Positions 37,652 to 49,483 are shown, counted from the whole stretch's first letter. The stretch is 49,483 bases of DNA, filler included, from Jimgerdemannia flammicorona (GCA_003990765.1; 2 parts of 2 records of this genome joined end to end with filler, not necessarily neighbours in it), one strand, 5' to 3'. Numbers and translations are program-made. The notes: a model not told the origin generated them from the letters alone.

Positions 37652-38902
37652 TTAGTTTAACAGATAATGACGCAACACCTTGTTAGCCCATATACCGAAA
37701 TCGAAAAAGAGTGGCGCCGGAGAAATGCGAACAGCCGTGAATCTTATCATCATGAAACCCGACAACGATTTACGTGGCACCGGATCCCTCTCGAGCTCTA
37801 CCCGAAGTTCCGTAATGAACGCTACTGTCTGTGGCGAAAACGGCATAGAAATTCCATTGAATGACCTCCTCCATATCTTCAACCGTGCATAGACCTCCTG
37901 CACGGATGGGCGCGAGTGAGGATCAGGTTGCCAACACTCTCGGAGCAGAGACGCAAACTCGAGCGGTGCATCAGAGATCATTCGCTCGCGTAATCCATCT
38001 GGGATTCCCACAACAGCTGTAGATGCATCGCCTTTCGGTGGGACGCCTGTGGTATAATGCCAAAAAACAGTGGCGAGACAATATACGTCCTCTGCAGACG
38101 TTTGTGATTTGTTGGCAAAAAATTCTGGCGGGAGGTACTCGCGGCGGCCGCAATGTCCCGATTGGGTGACAGGTTCGTCGAAAGGCGTGGCGAGGCCAAG
38201 ATCAATTAGGAGCGGGTGGTGTGGGGACTTGAGCACGATGTTTCCGGGGTGGAGGTCATGATGGGCATAGCCGAATGCGTGAAAGTTGGCTAGACGGTGG
38301 GCAAGACGGGAGAATAGCCGCGCAATGAGGTGCCAGTCGTTGGAATTATCCGAAATTGTGGCTTCGAGGGTGCCGTGTGGAGCGAATTCGAATACCATTA
38401 AGTAACGGTGAGTGGTAGGATGTCGAGAGAGACCGATTAAGGGGATGGTGGCGCCTATACTATTGGCGGTCAGGCAGACGTTTAGGACCAACTGTGTAAG
38501 GCAATTTAGAAGTGCTAGTTGGAATAAGACAAAGTTGAACCTAATCGTTTCCCATGTATTTCGAAAGTGAAAAACTCGTACCTCCTCCATTCTTCCATTC
38601 AATTCCTTGAGCGCGAAATGCTCCTCGGCATTCTCAATGTCTGCAGCGATAGTTCCTTTATACACCTTGGCGAATCCACTCTCGTCAAATAAGTCGAAGT
38701 TTGTGAACCGGTTGGGTTGGATCCAGACAATGTATCCCGCGAGCTGTGGGACTCCTAGCCGGTCGAGATGCCTTTGGAGGGTGTTGTTGAGGTCCGGAAA
38801 ACGAGCTTTGTGACAACGGATGCATGCTGTTGTAGAATCAGCTAGGTTTTTTAGTGATGGGAGGCGGGTTAGAAGTGAAGTGAGACGATGAGGTTCGATC
38901 AT
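37652..38902 (-). CDS. TKL-like non-RD protein kinase K3, 386 aa after removing intron 38492-38581
   Basis: Same motifs as K2 (Gly loop ESGFAKVY, HHDLHPGNI, DLG, YLPPE); 90-nt GT-AG intron. Confidence 0.92.
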   Translation of the reverse strand: MIEPHRLTSLLTRLPSLKNLADSTTACIRCHKARFPDLNNTLQRHLDRLGVPQLAGYIVWIQPNRFTNFDLFDESGFAKVYKGTIAADIENAEEHFALKELNGRMEEVRVFHFRNTWETIRFNFVLFQLALLNCLTQLVLNVCLTANSIGATIPLIGLSRHPTTHRYLMVFEFAPHGTLEATISDNSNDWHLIARLFSRLAHRLANFHAFGYAHHDLHPGNIVLKSPHHPLLIDLGLATPFDEPVTQSGHCGRREYLPPEFFANKSQTSAEDVYCLATVFWHYTTGVPPKGDASTAVVGIPDGLRERMISDAPLEFASLLRECWQPDPHSRPSVQEVYARLKIWRRSFNGISMPFSPQTVAFITELRVELERDPVPRKSLSGFMMIRFTAVRISPAPLFFDFGIWANKVLRHYLLN

Positions 38903-39587
38903 TTTGAGGTGGGGAAGGTGGGAACGGAAGGAACAGCACTAATCTGGTGACTGTTATTCTTAAATATTAATCTATCGTGGTGGTTTGCTTGTGTCCCATG
39001 ACGTTCCTGATCCTAACTCCCGCAATTTGTCTGCCCCAGCGTGACCACTGCGATTGGACAGGAATTTCTGAAGCGCCAAAATGGGCATACCACGCTCGGA
39101 TCGGTGTCAACAGAGGCGCTTATGTTGACGGGGACGGCTGTTTGCTAACAACACCATAAATCTCAAGAATGTGCAATGGTGGTCAGTAAGCTATTACCTA
39201 TTGCCTGTGACAGCGGATAACGGATAACATTCCATTGATTCAACCGTTGGACTCACAAAGCTACGAAGCTGCCTTCTAAATTCATCCATACTTCTCAGAA
39301 AAACGAAGTTGAACTGCTATCCAAAAAACCACACGGGAATTTTGAAATAAGCTTCACGCAATCACCTCTGGAGTACTTTTCCACGATAGTCTGTTTTCGG
39401 TGGCATCCGTTGTCTCCGTTAAATTCATTTGAGGGTTCTTGTACGTTACGCTCTCCTCTGCGAGGACTGATCCTTCGGCAAATACACGCTCCTTGATATG
39501 TATGGTTGTGGATTAGTGTTTTCCAGTACTTATACACTTCCAACCTCAACATCCCATCCTGTTTTCCACGACCATTGTCTCCGTCTC

Positions 39588-39645
<58 letters not shown>

Positions 39646-40329
39646 TTCTAATTTTCTGTCCTTTCCACAATTACTTCATTTGGGTACGACTTTTTTCTGT
39701 TGTAAAAGCAATTTAACACTTCCTCTGAAAGAGATGCCATTAAGATGTTCCTCCCGAAGTGGTTCTTCAGATACTGTTATATCTTAAAGTTTGCCTCAAC
39801 CTTTTGGGTGCTCACCTGGTTTCACCACTTGGAATCATGGTACCATTCGCCTTTTGTTCAATTAACCATTGAAATTTTAAACTTTTAATTGGCAGCTACA
39901 ATTCACCGAGTTGCTTGTCGAATAATACCTCATCTGCCTCCAAAGCCAAAGATCTTATTTGGGCTGCGCCGATGGAGGATCGCAAACTGTTCCGCCAAAT
40001 TACTTCTCACACGATTACCACATCTAATAGTCTACTAATATTGACAAAAAAATAGAATAATAAATAGGGAAGAAAGGAAAGAGAAGGGTACATGTGTTTC
40101 CCCAGGGGGCGGGAGGGGGGGAGGGGGGGCGGGGGGGCGGTGAGGTGTTATACACAATCCATTAATTGGAGGCTGACAAAAATTATTTCACGCACTCCAT
40201 AATCAGCATGACAATACTGCAAAATATTCAACCGTGATGGGAACATGGGAATAACTAAGGTGCACTCTCTCCCGAGATGTTCGCCCCTGCTCAAACGGAA
40301 CGACGATGCCTTGGAAATATCGGGGCCAA

Positions 40330-40760
40330 ACGAGCAAATAGTCGTACAAGCTTGGTCGCTGGAGAGGGCCCTGCTGCTTCAATCCACGAGAATTTCAAAC
40401 GCGGGTGGACGTCGCTCGCAAAGCCCATCTGGGTTCGTGGTGATGGCAAGGGAGGCGACGCTTCTGGTAGGGCCAGAATGGCCAGGCTAGAATAGTAAGG
40501 TGGTATACATCCGACACTGAGATTTGTGGGTCTCGGACAGCAGTTACTTGATCGGGCTGTAGAAGCCGCTAGTGGAATAGTTGGTGTCCTCGATCGTGAG
40601 CAGGATGTCTTTGAATATGTACACAATGTTTCCAGAGTGTAGGTCTGCCGAAACCGAATTTCTGGAGGTTGATTATATACGACATTCAAATTGTCAGAAA
40701 GCGTGACAGCGTTCTCCACCCAACCGCAGTGAGATAATGTCATCATATCACTGGACACAA
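40330..40760 (-). pseudogene. Divergent kinase relic K4
   Basis: Across frames: NLQKFGF/DLHSGNIV...SGFYSPIK*LLSE...LAITTNPDGLCER. Confidence 0.7.
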
Positions 40761-41099
40761 TGACGCAGCCCACATAAAGTCATTAACCTTGCCGCAAAAA
40801 TGGGAGTAGTGGAGTCGGGCAGAGTAAGTTGTGTTTGGTAGAATTTCCCTTAATGGAGAACATTCCGGAATGCTGACGTCACCCGAAAGTCAGTTCGGCT
40901 CCGGCGGTGAGGCTTACTCAGCTTAATAAATTATATTTTATTTTCATTTCATTTGCAATAATATCCTCCAGCACCTACCAGCTTCGACTCCACGTATATC
41001 GCACTATCCTCCTCTTCCCGTCCCCCACACTACACACATTCAATACCTAGCCTCGACACTGTTTCCACATCCACATCCACCATGACTCGGCGCGAGCGT

Positions 41100-41560
41100 A
41101 CCAAGGTTGACGTCATACTTGTCATAAAACGCTGTCACGCAAACATATCGGCCCAGCCACCAGTTCTGTTATTCAAACTCCACAAATTCGGCTTCTGCGC
41201 CATGACCTACACTTTGAAAATGTCGTGTATCATCCCGCTCTTGATTTATGGCGGCATTCGATGACCACCAGTGGCTTCTATAACCGGATCAAGTAACTCC
41301 TGTCCGAGTTCTCCAAAGGCCCACAATTCCCAGCGTCGAATGACCACCTACCTAACCTGGCCAAGATGCATCGCCTACCTCGCCATCACCACGAATACAG
41401 ACGGCCTACGCGAGCGACGCCCCTCTCAGCGACCAGGTTCCAATTGTCGCCGATCGTTCCGAGCCATCGCCGTTCCGTTCTCATTGCGTCGAAGGACCAC
41501 AGGAAGCCTTGCGCATCTAGCGATTTATCGCCCCGTCTCGCAGAGTAAGGCGCACCTCAG
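41100..41560 (+). pseudogene. Divergent kinase relic K5 (sister of K4)
   Basis: FKLHKFGF/HDLHFENV...SGFYNRIK*LLSEF...LAITTNTDGLRER. Confidence 0.7.
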
Positions 41561-42009
41561 CTCACCCACGTCGTTCTATATTATGCCTCCATAACGGTTG
41601 TAAAATCGTTCGCCAGTCGGGCTCGGTCTAGGCGTTGGATTTCTGTCCTGGGATAAACAGTGTTTTCGATTATGCACTCGGCCGATTGTAGGGTGTGTGC
41701 AAAGAATACTCTGAAATTATTTTGTCGGTCCACGCCCACTTACGGACAGGTAGAACCCCTTACCATTCTCTCTTTTTTCTCACTTTTTCTCTCTCTTCCT
41801 TCTATATTGTTATTTCCATTTTCTGTGATTTGATACCGAAATCGTATGTAACACATCTACGTTGCGTGGTGAGTTGGTGTGGCGTCAGGCTTGGTGACGG
41901 AAAGGCTACAGTTTGCTGAGGGGCCATATTCGAAGAACAAGGCCAGTATCGAGTCGACCCGGGCGACCATTGTTGGACGGAAAAAGAAATAAAACAGATG
42001 TCCTAAAGC

Positions 42010-42640
42010 ATAACGAACCGTCGCTAGGATTGCATCGCCTTTGGTGAGGCAATATACGTCCTCTGCAAACGTTTGCAAAAAATTCTGGTGAGATGTACTC
42101 GCGGCAGCCGCAATGGCCCGATTAGTCGACAGGTTCGTATGGCGAGGCCAAGATCAATTAGGAGCGGGTGGCGTGGGGACTTGGGTATGATGTTTCCAGA
42201 GTGGACGTCGTGGTGGGCATAGCCGAATGCGTAAAGGTTGGCTAGACGGCGTGCAAGACGGAAGGATAGCTGTGCAATGATGTTTCAGAGTTGTGTGAAA
42301 TTGTGGCTTCGAGGGTGAGAGACCAATTAGGAGGGTAGTGGCGCCTACTTCATTGGCGGTCAGGCAGATGATTAAAACTAGCTGTGTTAGACGGATTTTG
42401 CAGAACGAGTTAGAATAAGACAAAGTTGAACATAATCGTTTCGCATGTATCTCGAAACAACAAAACTCGTAATGCCTCCATTCTACCATTCAATTCCTTG
42501 AGCGCAAAATGACCTCGTCTGCAGCATAGTTTTTAAACGAATCCATTCTCGTCAAATAAATCAAAGTTCGTGAACTGGTAGGGTTGGTCCAGACAATGTA
42601 TTCCGCGAGCTGTGGGACTCCCAACCCGTCGAGTTGTGTG
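42010..42640 (-). pseudogene. Kinase pseudogene K6, internally deleted
   Basis: LGVPQLAEYIVW, FDLFDENGF, homologous intron, HHDVHSGNI, AEDVYCL in broken frames. Confidence 0.88.
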
Positions 42641-43290
42641 GGATCGGACATGTGAGCGGCGGCGGCGTCCCGCATTTGACTCTGCCAGTTTGCTCGAGAT
42701 GGCGGAGAGGATGACGCCATCGAATTTTCCACCTCTGTCGTTCAGTCCACACGTAATAACGTTATTTATTACTCTCAACTGGTTGATACGACTTGGTACA
42801 TTTTACTTGTACCAAAACAATAGCCAGGTCTCAGCTATGCTGGAACCACGTCCCTTTGAAAGAATATAATACGCTATCCCGTCTGCTTCAAGCCACAACA
42901 TCCAAGCGCCCTACTTAAACTCTCCACCCACGCCACTTTATCGAGGGTTTTCAATCTCCTAGCCTTTCCTAGAATTTGCCGAGACAATTGTGACCGACTT
43001 CGACTGGCTTGGTCGCCGCCTAGTCAAACACGCTTTGGCCAAGTCGGTCAAAAAGGCAGCCTACAAAGAGCTGCGACACTTATGCGCAGGACCCCGTCAG
43101 AGAAGCTTGCAATCTATTTCCAGGTGGGATTTTCCCTCAGTGATTCGATATTGGGCTTTGGTTGGTTGAAGTCGTCTAGTGTAATGCGATTCAGTTGCAG
43201 TTAAAGATTCGGAGTGGCGACGGAAATGACATTCGATCAGCTATCATCCAGGAGTTCGTGGGCTATATCGGGGCTTAGTGCGAATTGGAG

Positions 43291-43330
<40 letters not shown>

Positions 43331-43992
43331 GTTTTAATTTAAATAGAATAGAATAAAATAGAAGAATATAATCACCAAGCAGCCCAATTATAACCAGCTA
43401 AACATGTAGAAGCACACGCCGAAGCGACCAAACCGACGCTGCTGACGACAAAGCAGACCAAAACCCTTCTCGCTTATAAACCAATATCGCCGGCTCACGA
43501 AGCGCAAGGCACGACAAATATGCACTTAAACCATTGAGCAGCAAAGCGACGCGCATCCACCAACTCGTTATAACGCAAGGAACGACAAATATCACTGTAA
43601 CCATTGAGAAAAAATGCGACACGCATTCGGCAACGCGTTACAAAAGGCGATCTCGGAAATTATACCGATAACATATGCATGTCAGAGGGCCATCATTTGT
43701 TCACAAAGATTGGGTCCGGTTGCGATTGGGTTGCGGAAAAGAAATGAAAAAGAAACGCGGGTTGAGGAGCAAGTAGGAAAAGCACGCGGACTAGAATAAA
43801 AACTCTTACATATATAGCACAAAATACAAGCCATCTGCGCGAGTTATGAAATGCACTTTCAGTTAATCCATTGTCAAAAAATTCTGGCGTTTTGCATCCT
43901 TCCACAATATATAATAAAATAAATAAAAGAGGGATTTTCCATAACATCAACCCAGTAATAGATGAAATGCCATTTACGCATGTTCCCCATTT

Positions 43993-45634
43993 TTATTTCT
44001 TCATGATTTCCTTCATGCTTTTGTTCATTTCCATCGACAACCCTATCTCCATGAAACCCGACAACGAATCACGCGGCACCGGATCCATCTCAAGCTCTAC
44101 CCGAAGTTCCGTAATGAACGCTACTGTCCGTGGCGAAAACGCCAGAGAAATTCCATTGAACGACCTCCGCAATTTCTCCAAACGCACATAGACCTCCTGC
44201 ATGGATGGGCGCAAGTGAGGGTCGAGGTGCTAACTCTCGGAGTAGAGAAGGAAACTCTAGCGGTGCTTCAGGAATCATTCGCTCTTGCAATCCGTCCGGG
44301 TTTTCCTCAATAGCTATAGATGCATCGCTTTTCGGTGGGATGCCTGTGGTATAATGCCAGAAAACGGTGGCGAGGCAATATGCGTCCTCCATAGACGTTT
44401 GTGATTTGTTGGCAAAAAATTCCGGAGGGAGGTACTCGTGGCGGCCGCAGTGGCTCATTTGGCTGACGGATTTGTTGAGAGGTGTGGCGAGGCCAAGGTC
44501 GTTCAAGAGTGGGTGATGTGGGGACTTGAACATGATGTTTCCAGGGTGGAGATCGTGATGGGCATAGCTGAATGCGTGAAGGTCGGCTAGACGGTGGGCA
44601 AGACAGGAGAATAACTGCGCAATGAGGTACCAGTCATTGATGCGATGGGAATTGGTGGCTTCGAGGGTGCCGTGTGGAGCGAATTCGAATATCGTTAAGT
44701 ATCGGATATTGAGTGAGGCCAATTAGGGGGACGATGGCGCCTACATCATTGGCCGTCAGGCAGACATTTAGAACCAGCTGTGTAAGACGAGTTTTGCAGC
44801 ACGAGTTGGAATAGGACAAATTGAACAAAATTGTTTCGCATGTATTTCGATATGCCAAAACTCGTACATACCTCCTCCATTCTACAATTTAATTCCTTGC
44901 GCGCGAAATGTTCCTCAGCATTCTCAATGTCGGCAGTGATTGTTCCTTTATACACCTTGGTGAATCCGCCTTTGGTAAATAAAAGGAATTTCGTAAACCG
45001 GTGGGTTGGATCCAGACATGTATTCTGCGAGCTGTGGGACTCCTAGCCGGTCGAGGTGCATTTGGTGGGTGTTGGCGTCCGGGAAACGGGCGTTGTGACG
45101 ACGAATTAATGTTGTAGAATTAGCCAGGGTCTCGTGTGACGGGAGGCGGTTTAGCACCATGGGTTCCAAAATTGAGGTCCTCTTGCCTCCTTTAACAATC
45201 CAAATTTGATATAGTGACACAACACAAATACCATTCTTATTGACCTATTATTCGAACGTCGAAAGTGACGACAAATTTGTGCGACACACGTTCTATAGGA
45301 TATGCAGATCAAAACTATGCTAAGGGAGTAAACTATAAGATATACAGAAACAATGATCACATTTTCTGCCACCTATTCTCAATATTGCACCAGTTGTGTT
45401 GCAAGGTCATGAGTAGGACGTGGTGATTTTGTGTCGCGATATCACGAGCAGGACGTGGTGATTTCGTATGGTGATTTCGTGTCACAACCATGAGACAAAT
45501 ACAGATTACAAAATGTATCAGTATTTATTCATATGTATTTTAAAACTTTACTTTTCATCTATTATTGATGAATTTCAACTAAAGGAGGCAAGGGACCTCA
45601 GTTTTGGAACCCCATTGAGGCGATCGGGTTGCAT
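43993..45634 (-). pseudogene. Kinase pseudogene K7, frameshifted and interrupted by a MITE
   Basis: ACCTCAAAATG start at 45634 (MQPDRL), resumes at 45160; HHDLHPGNI, DLGLA, YLPPE in 44090-44722; several frameshifts. Confidence 0.9.
45161..45612. mobile_element. MITE, 452 bp, ~33-bp TIRs, apparent 3-bp TSD (CAT); possibly PIF/Harbinger-like
   Basis: GGGTTCCAAAATTGAGGTCCTCTTGCCTCCTTTA...TAAAGGAGGCAAGGGACCTCAGTTTTGGAACCC; CAT on both sides. Confidence 0.85.
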
Positions 45635-45679
45635 TTTGAGGTCAACATGCCGGTCTCTGCGCTCGCGTCACGGGATCTG

Positions 45680-45860
45680 TGACTGCCAATGTCGATTGCT
45701 CAGTGCTGCTCTGTGCTGCTGCTCTGTGGCTGCTAATGTCGATAGCTCTGTGACTGCCAATGGATATTGCTCCATGACTGCCAATGTCGATTGCTCTTGA
45801 CTGCCAATGGATATTGTGCCAATGGATTTGCTCCGTGACTTCTCAATGGATATTGTAGCT
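45680..45860. repeat. ~23-bp imperfect tandem repeat containing CCAAT, between divergent kinase starts
   Basis: tgactgccaatg(tcg/gat)attgctc x6-7; TGACGTCA at 45871. Confidence 0.8.
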
Positions 45861-45939
45861 ATTTCTCCGATGACGTCACAGAGAAGTCACTTAAGTTGCA
45901 ACTACCTGACCGTTACCCTTTCCACTTTTTCACCTCAAA

Positions 45940-47172
45940 ATGATCGAACCTCATCGCCTCACTTCACTACTAGCCCGTCTCCCTTCACTAAAAAGCCTAG
46001 CTGATTCTACATCAGCATGCATTCATCGTCACAAAGCCCGTTTCCCGGACCTCAACAACACCCTCCAAAAGCATCTCGACAGGCTGGGAGTTCCTCAGCT
46101 CGCGGGGTACATTGTCTGGATTCCACCGAACCGGTTCATAAACTTCGATTTATTTGACGAGGGTGGATCCGCCAGTGTGTATAAAGGAACCATTGCTGCA
46201 GACAATGAGCAAGCCGAAAAGCATCTCGCACTCAAGGAATTGAACGGTGGCATAGAGGAGGTATGAGTTTTTGCTCTTTCGAGATATGTGCGAAACCATT
46301 ATGTTCAACTTTGCCTTATTCCAACTTGTGCCGTTATATTTGTTTGCGATGTCACGTTCTATTTCAAACTCATTACGCTGTCACTCTCCATTTCAAACTC
46401 GCTTGCGCAGCTAGTCTTAAACGTCTGTCTGACTATCCTTGATGTAGGATCCACCGTCCGCTTAATCGGTCTCTCTCATCATCCTAAAGACCCCGAATAC
46501 TTAATGGCATTTGAATTCGCTCCGCATGGCACCCTCGAAACCGCCATTTCTCACCACTCCAATAACTGGCACCTCATTGCACAGCTATCCTCCCGCCTTT
46601 CCTACCGTCTCGTCAAACTCCACGCATTCGGCTACGCTCACAACGACCTCCACCTCGGAAACATCATACTCGAGACCCCAAACAACCCGCTCCTTATCGA
46701 TCTTGGCCTCGCTACGCCACTTGATGAACCTTTCACAAAAGCGGGCCACTGCGGCCGCCGCGAGTACCTCCCGCCGGAATATTTCGCCGACAACCAACAA
46801 ATTTCTGCGTATGCGGACGTATATTGCCTCGCCACTGTCCTCTGGCAGTACACCACGGGGGTCCCACCGAAAGGTAATTCATTCGCAGCCGTTAAGGAAA
46901 ACCCGAACGGATTGCGTGAGCGAATGATCCCTGATGCACCTCTCGAGTTTGCGTCTCTGCTGCAAGATTGTTGGCAACCCGACCCTCAGTTACGTCCATG
47001 CATGCAGCAGGTCCATATGCGGTTGGAGGAATGGCGGAGGTCATTCAAGACGATTTCTGTGCCGTTCTCGCCGAAGACGGAAGCATTCATTACGGAACTT
47101 CAGGTGGAACTGGAGAGAGAACCGATGCCGCGTGATTCCATGTCGCGTTTCCTGGAGAGAGCAGTGGCATAA
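45940..47172 (+). CDS. TKL-like non-RD protein kinase K8, 360 aa; exons 45940-46260 and 46411-47172
   Basis: EGGSASVYKG, LALKE, HNDLHLGNI, IDLGLA, GRREYLPPE, CWQPDPQLRP; 150-nt GTATGA...GCAG intron at the same position as in K2/K3. Confidence 0.92.
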
Positions 47173-48164
47173 TCCACTGTTCCTTCGAATTTTCATAATG
47201 AGATGCATTGATAATCAAGATATATGCTGTCAGACCATTTGCAAATACGATGGTTTTTCTTTCTTTCTTACTTTCTTTTTTATTATTTTATTATTATTAT
47301 TAACTATTGAATGTAAGAATTCTTTACTTTAAGTATATAAATTATGGAAAGGTTAGCACTACAAATAAGTGACATTTTCAATTTATTTGACATTTTTTTT
47401 GTTTTTTGTTTTTAATATAAAGTATATGTATCCTATATAATTTTGATTTTCTACAATCGGAAAAAATTCTCTGTACCTGTGCATAATGACCTGAACTGGC
47501 ATCATTGTCATATATTTGTGTGGAATGCCATACATGTCAGAGTCATACCCACACCACATCAAAATAAATGAGTGTGTGCAGTACGGGTTTAATTGTCGCA
47601 GGAGGCATATTGTTTGCTGTATAGTGACAGGTTTTTGGCATTGGCCAGGCTGCCTATATTCATTTCGTGCTTGTGGTGATCGAGAATCTAAAACATTTCC
47701 TTCGCATCTCGTAACATATGGTTTGTACTAATAAAACGATGTCTTGACATACGCGCAAACCAAATGTCGTGTCTGTGTCATGACGCATAATGCGCATATC
47801 GACGCGTTCAATTGAGTGGTACTTATTCCGATTCAGTGGCAACAACGAATTGAAGAAAAAAAAAAAAAATACAGTAGACCCTAGGGTGTTTCCCAAGATC
47901 GTTATCGTAAGGATATATGTGGTGATATATGGGCCGTTGCCCTTCTGGCGCAGGGCGAGGTGTTAATCCTAAAATCGGGACTAGAGTAGACGGACCACTT
48001 TGCACCAAACTACGGTGCACCTGTTTAAGCGTAATTTTCAGCTTGCTTAGCAAGATTCCTTTTATAACTCTGGGATGGCAGCATTGCATCTTGCTATTCT
48101 GAAAGTGTCCGAGGACGTCGTAAAATTCAGTCCAAAAAAGGCGTCATTATAATATGAGGTAACG

Positions 48165-48198
<34 letters not shown>

Positions 48199-48319
48199 GA
48201 AATCCCTTAGGTTATTTTGTTCTTCATTTTATTGCAAAATAATAAACGGCGCACTGCCTGCTGATGTTAAATCTATTCTTAGCATGTGTTCGTGACGTAT
48301 TGTTAATGAAGGGATCCCG

Positions 48320-48660
48320 AAGGGATAGCGCGTTAAAGGCACCTTTTACTCGATTAGGCAATTATATATAATATATATATATATCAAATTCATTGTATGA
48401 CCAACACCCCCTTATGCTCAATCGTCTTCATACGGTTTTTCACTCCCATCCACCTCCCTGTTTCGTACACCTTATGTATGTTGGGTTCTTCGAACTGACC
48501 GATGCAACGCATTCCATTCGAGATAGAAATATTCCTCATAATTCACCAAATATACATATAAAAATATACTCATCCAATTGGTTATAATTTGCGGTTTATA
48601 CATATATGGATGGCAATTAATAGAGGGTACGGGTTATTGGAGAAGGAATACAGGGATTTA
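48320..48660 (+). repeat. Module A copy
   Basis: Aligns along its length with 25525-25840. Confidence 0.85.
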
Positions 48661-48685
48661 ACCCATGTTGCATGGTAGACCACAG

Positions 48686-48795
48686 CACGTGTAACCACGT
48701 GGCGAGGTTGGAGCTTAAGTCAGCACGTGATGTACGATCGATATTTTGGGTCTAGGACGTGGCACGTGAAATTTGAATTAAGTTAGGACCACGTG
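48686..48795. promoter_or_regulatory. Second cluster of five CACGTG E-boxes
   Basis: CACGTG at 48686, 48696, 48724, 48763, 48790. Confidence 0.55.
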
Positions 48796-49483
48796 GCAAA
48801 TCGAGGCTTGGGTCTAGAATCGTCACGTAACTACGCAGGATAGCTCGATTAGACAATCCATAGTCTGTCTCGCGCGGGTTTTCGGCTCCTACCCACCTCC
48901 CTCTTATACATTTCCTGTCGGGTTCTTCTTCGAACTGACTGATGCAACGCATTCGAGACAGAAATATTGCTCCCTCATAATAATAATCTATATCATCAGA
49001 GTAGTTAGGAGGAGGATTTAAATGTGGTTAACAACATGCCACATGCACATGATAATAGACATAACACCACGATAAATCTCCAAGGTGGTGCGCTATTTTA
49101 TTATTGAAAAGCAAAACTATCTAAGAGATTTTCATTTTTTTCACTCACTACCCGTAGCCTTTTTTTTTTTACCTCCTATTCCAATCCGCCTTTGTTGGAC
49201 AGCAATTTCTTGACGTCCTCGGACACTTGCAGAGATTTTCAGGTTTACAAAGGAATCTAGGTTAACAAGATGGAAAACACGCACAAGCTGCAAGGTGCCT
49301 CCTGCAGTCTCCGATTTTAGAATTAACACCCCCCGCCTGCGCCAGAAGGACAACGACTCTGGTGTGGCCATATATCACCGCATACGTGCTTACCAGATTC
49401 AAAAATCACAACGGTAAACATGTTTCCAGTGAAACTCCCCGAGTTTCAATCACTTAGCACTTTTTTTTTTTTTTTTTTTTTTT

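Overview
Eukaryotic DNA, most likely from an early-diverging fungus. This is inferred from GT-AG introns and kinases resembling the expanded TKL-type families of Glomeromycotina/Endogonales. An artificial 100-bp N/TTAATTAATTAA linker at 24699-24798 splits the window in two. The left half is mostly decayed transposons: three L1/Tx1-like LINE copies, a Ty3/gypsy gag+PBS+LTR relic, a second LTR, a fossil RT, hAT-type MITEs and a CpG-decayed satellite. These surround a 4-kb CpG-rich island with one convincing gene, a 112-aa secreted protein (signal peptide, dibasic site, Lys tract, (DPCD)8 Asp/Cys/His tail). The right half is a birth-and-death cluster of at least eight non-RD protein kinase copies, three apparently intact and five pseudogenes. 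They were amplified together with conserved non-coding modules, including 5x CACGTG clusters. This half also holds a MOV10/SDE3-like helicase relic, two more MITEs and a fold-back 23-bp array. Transposons show CpG and CpA/TpG transition decay, while the duplicated kinases do not. All calls were made by eye with no searches run, and relic boundaries are approximate.
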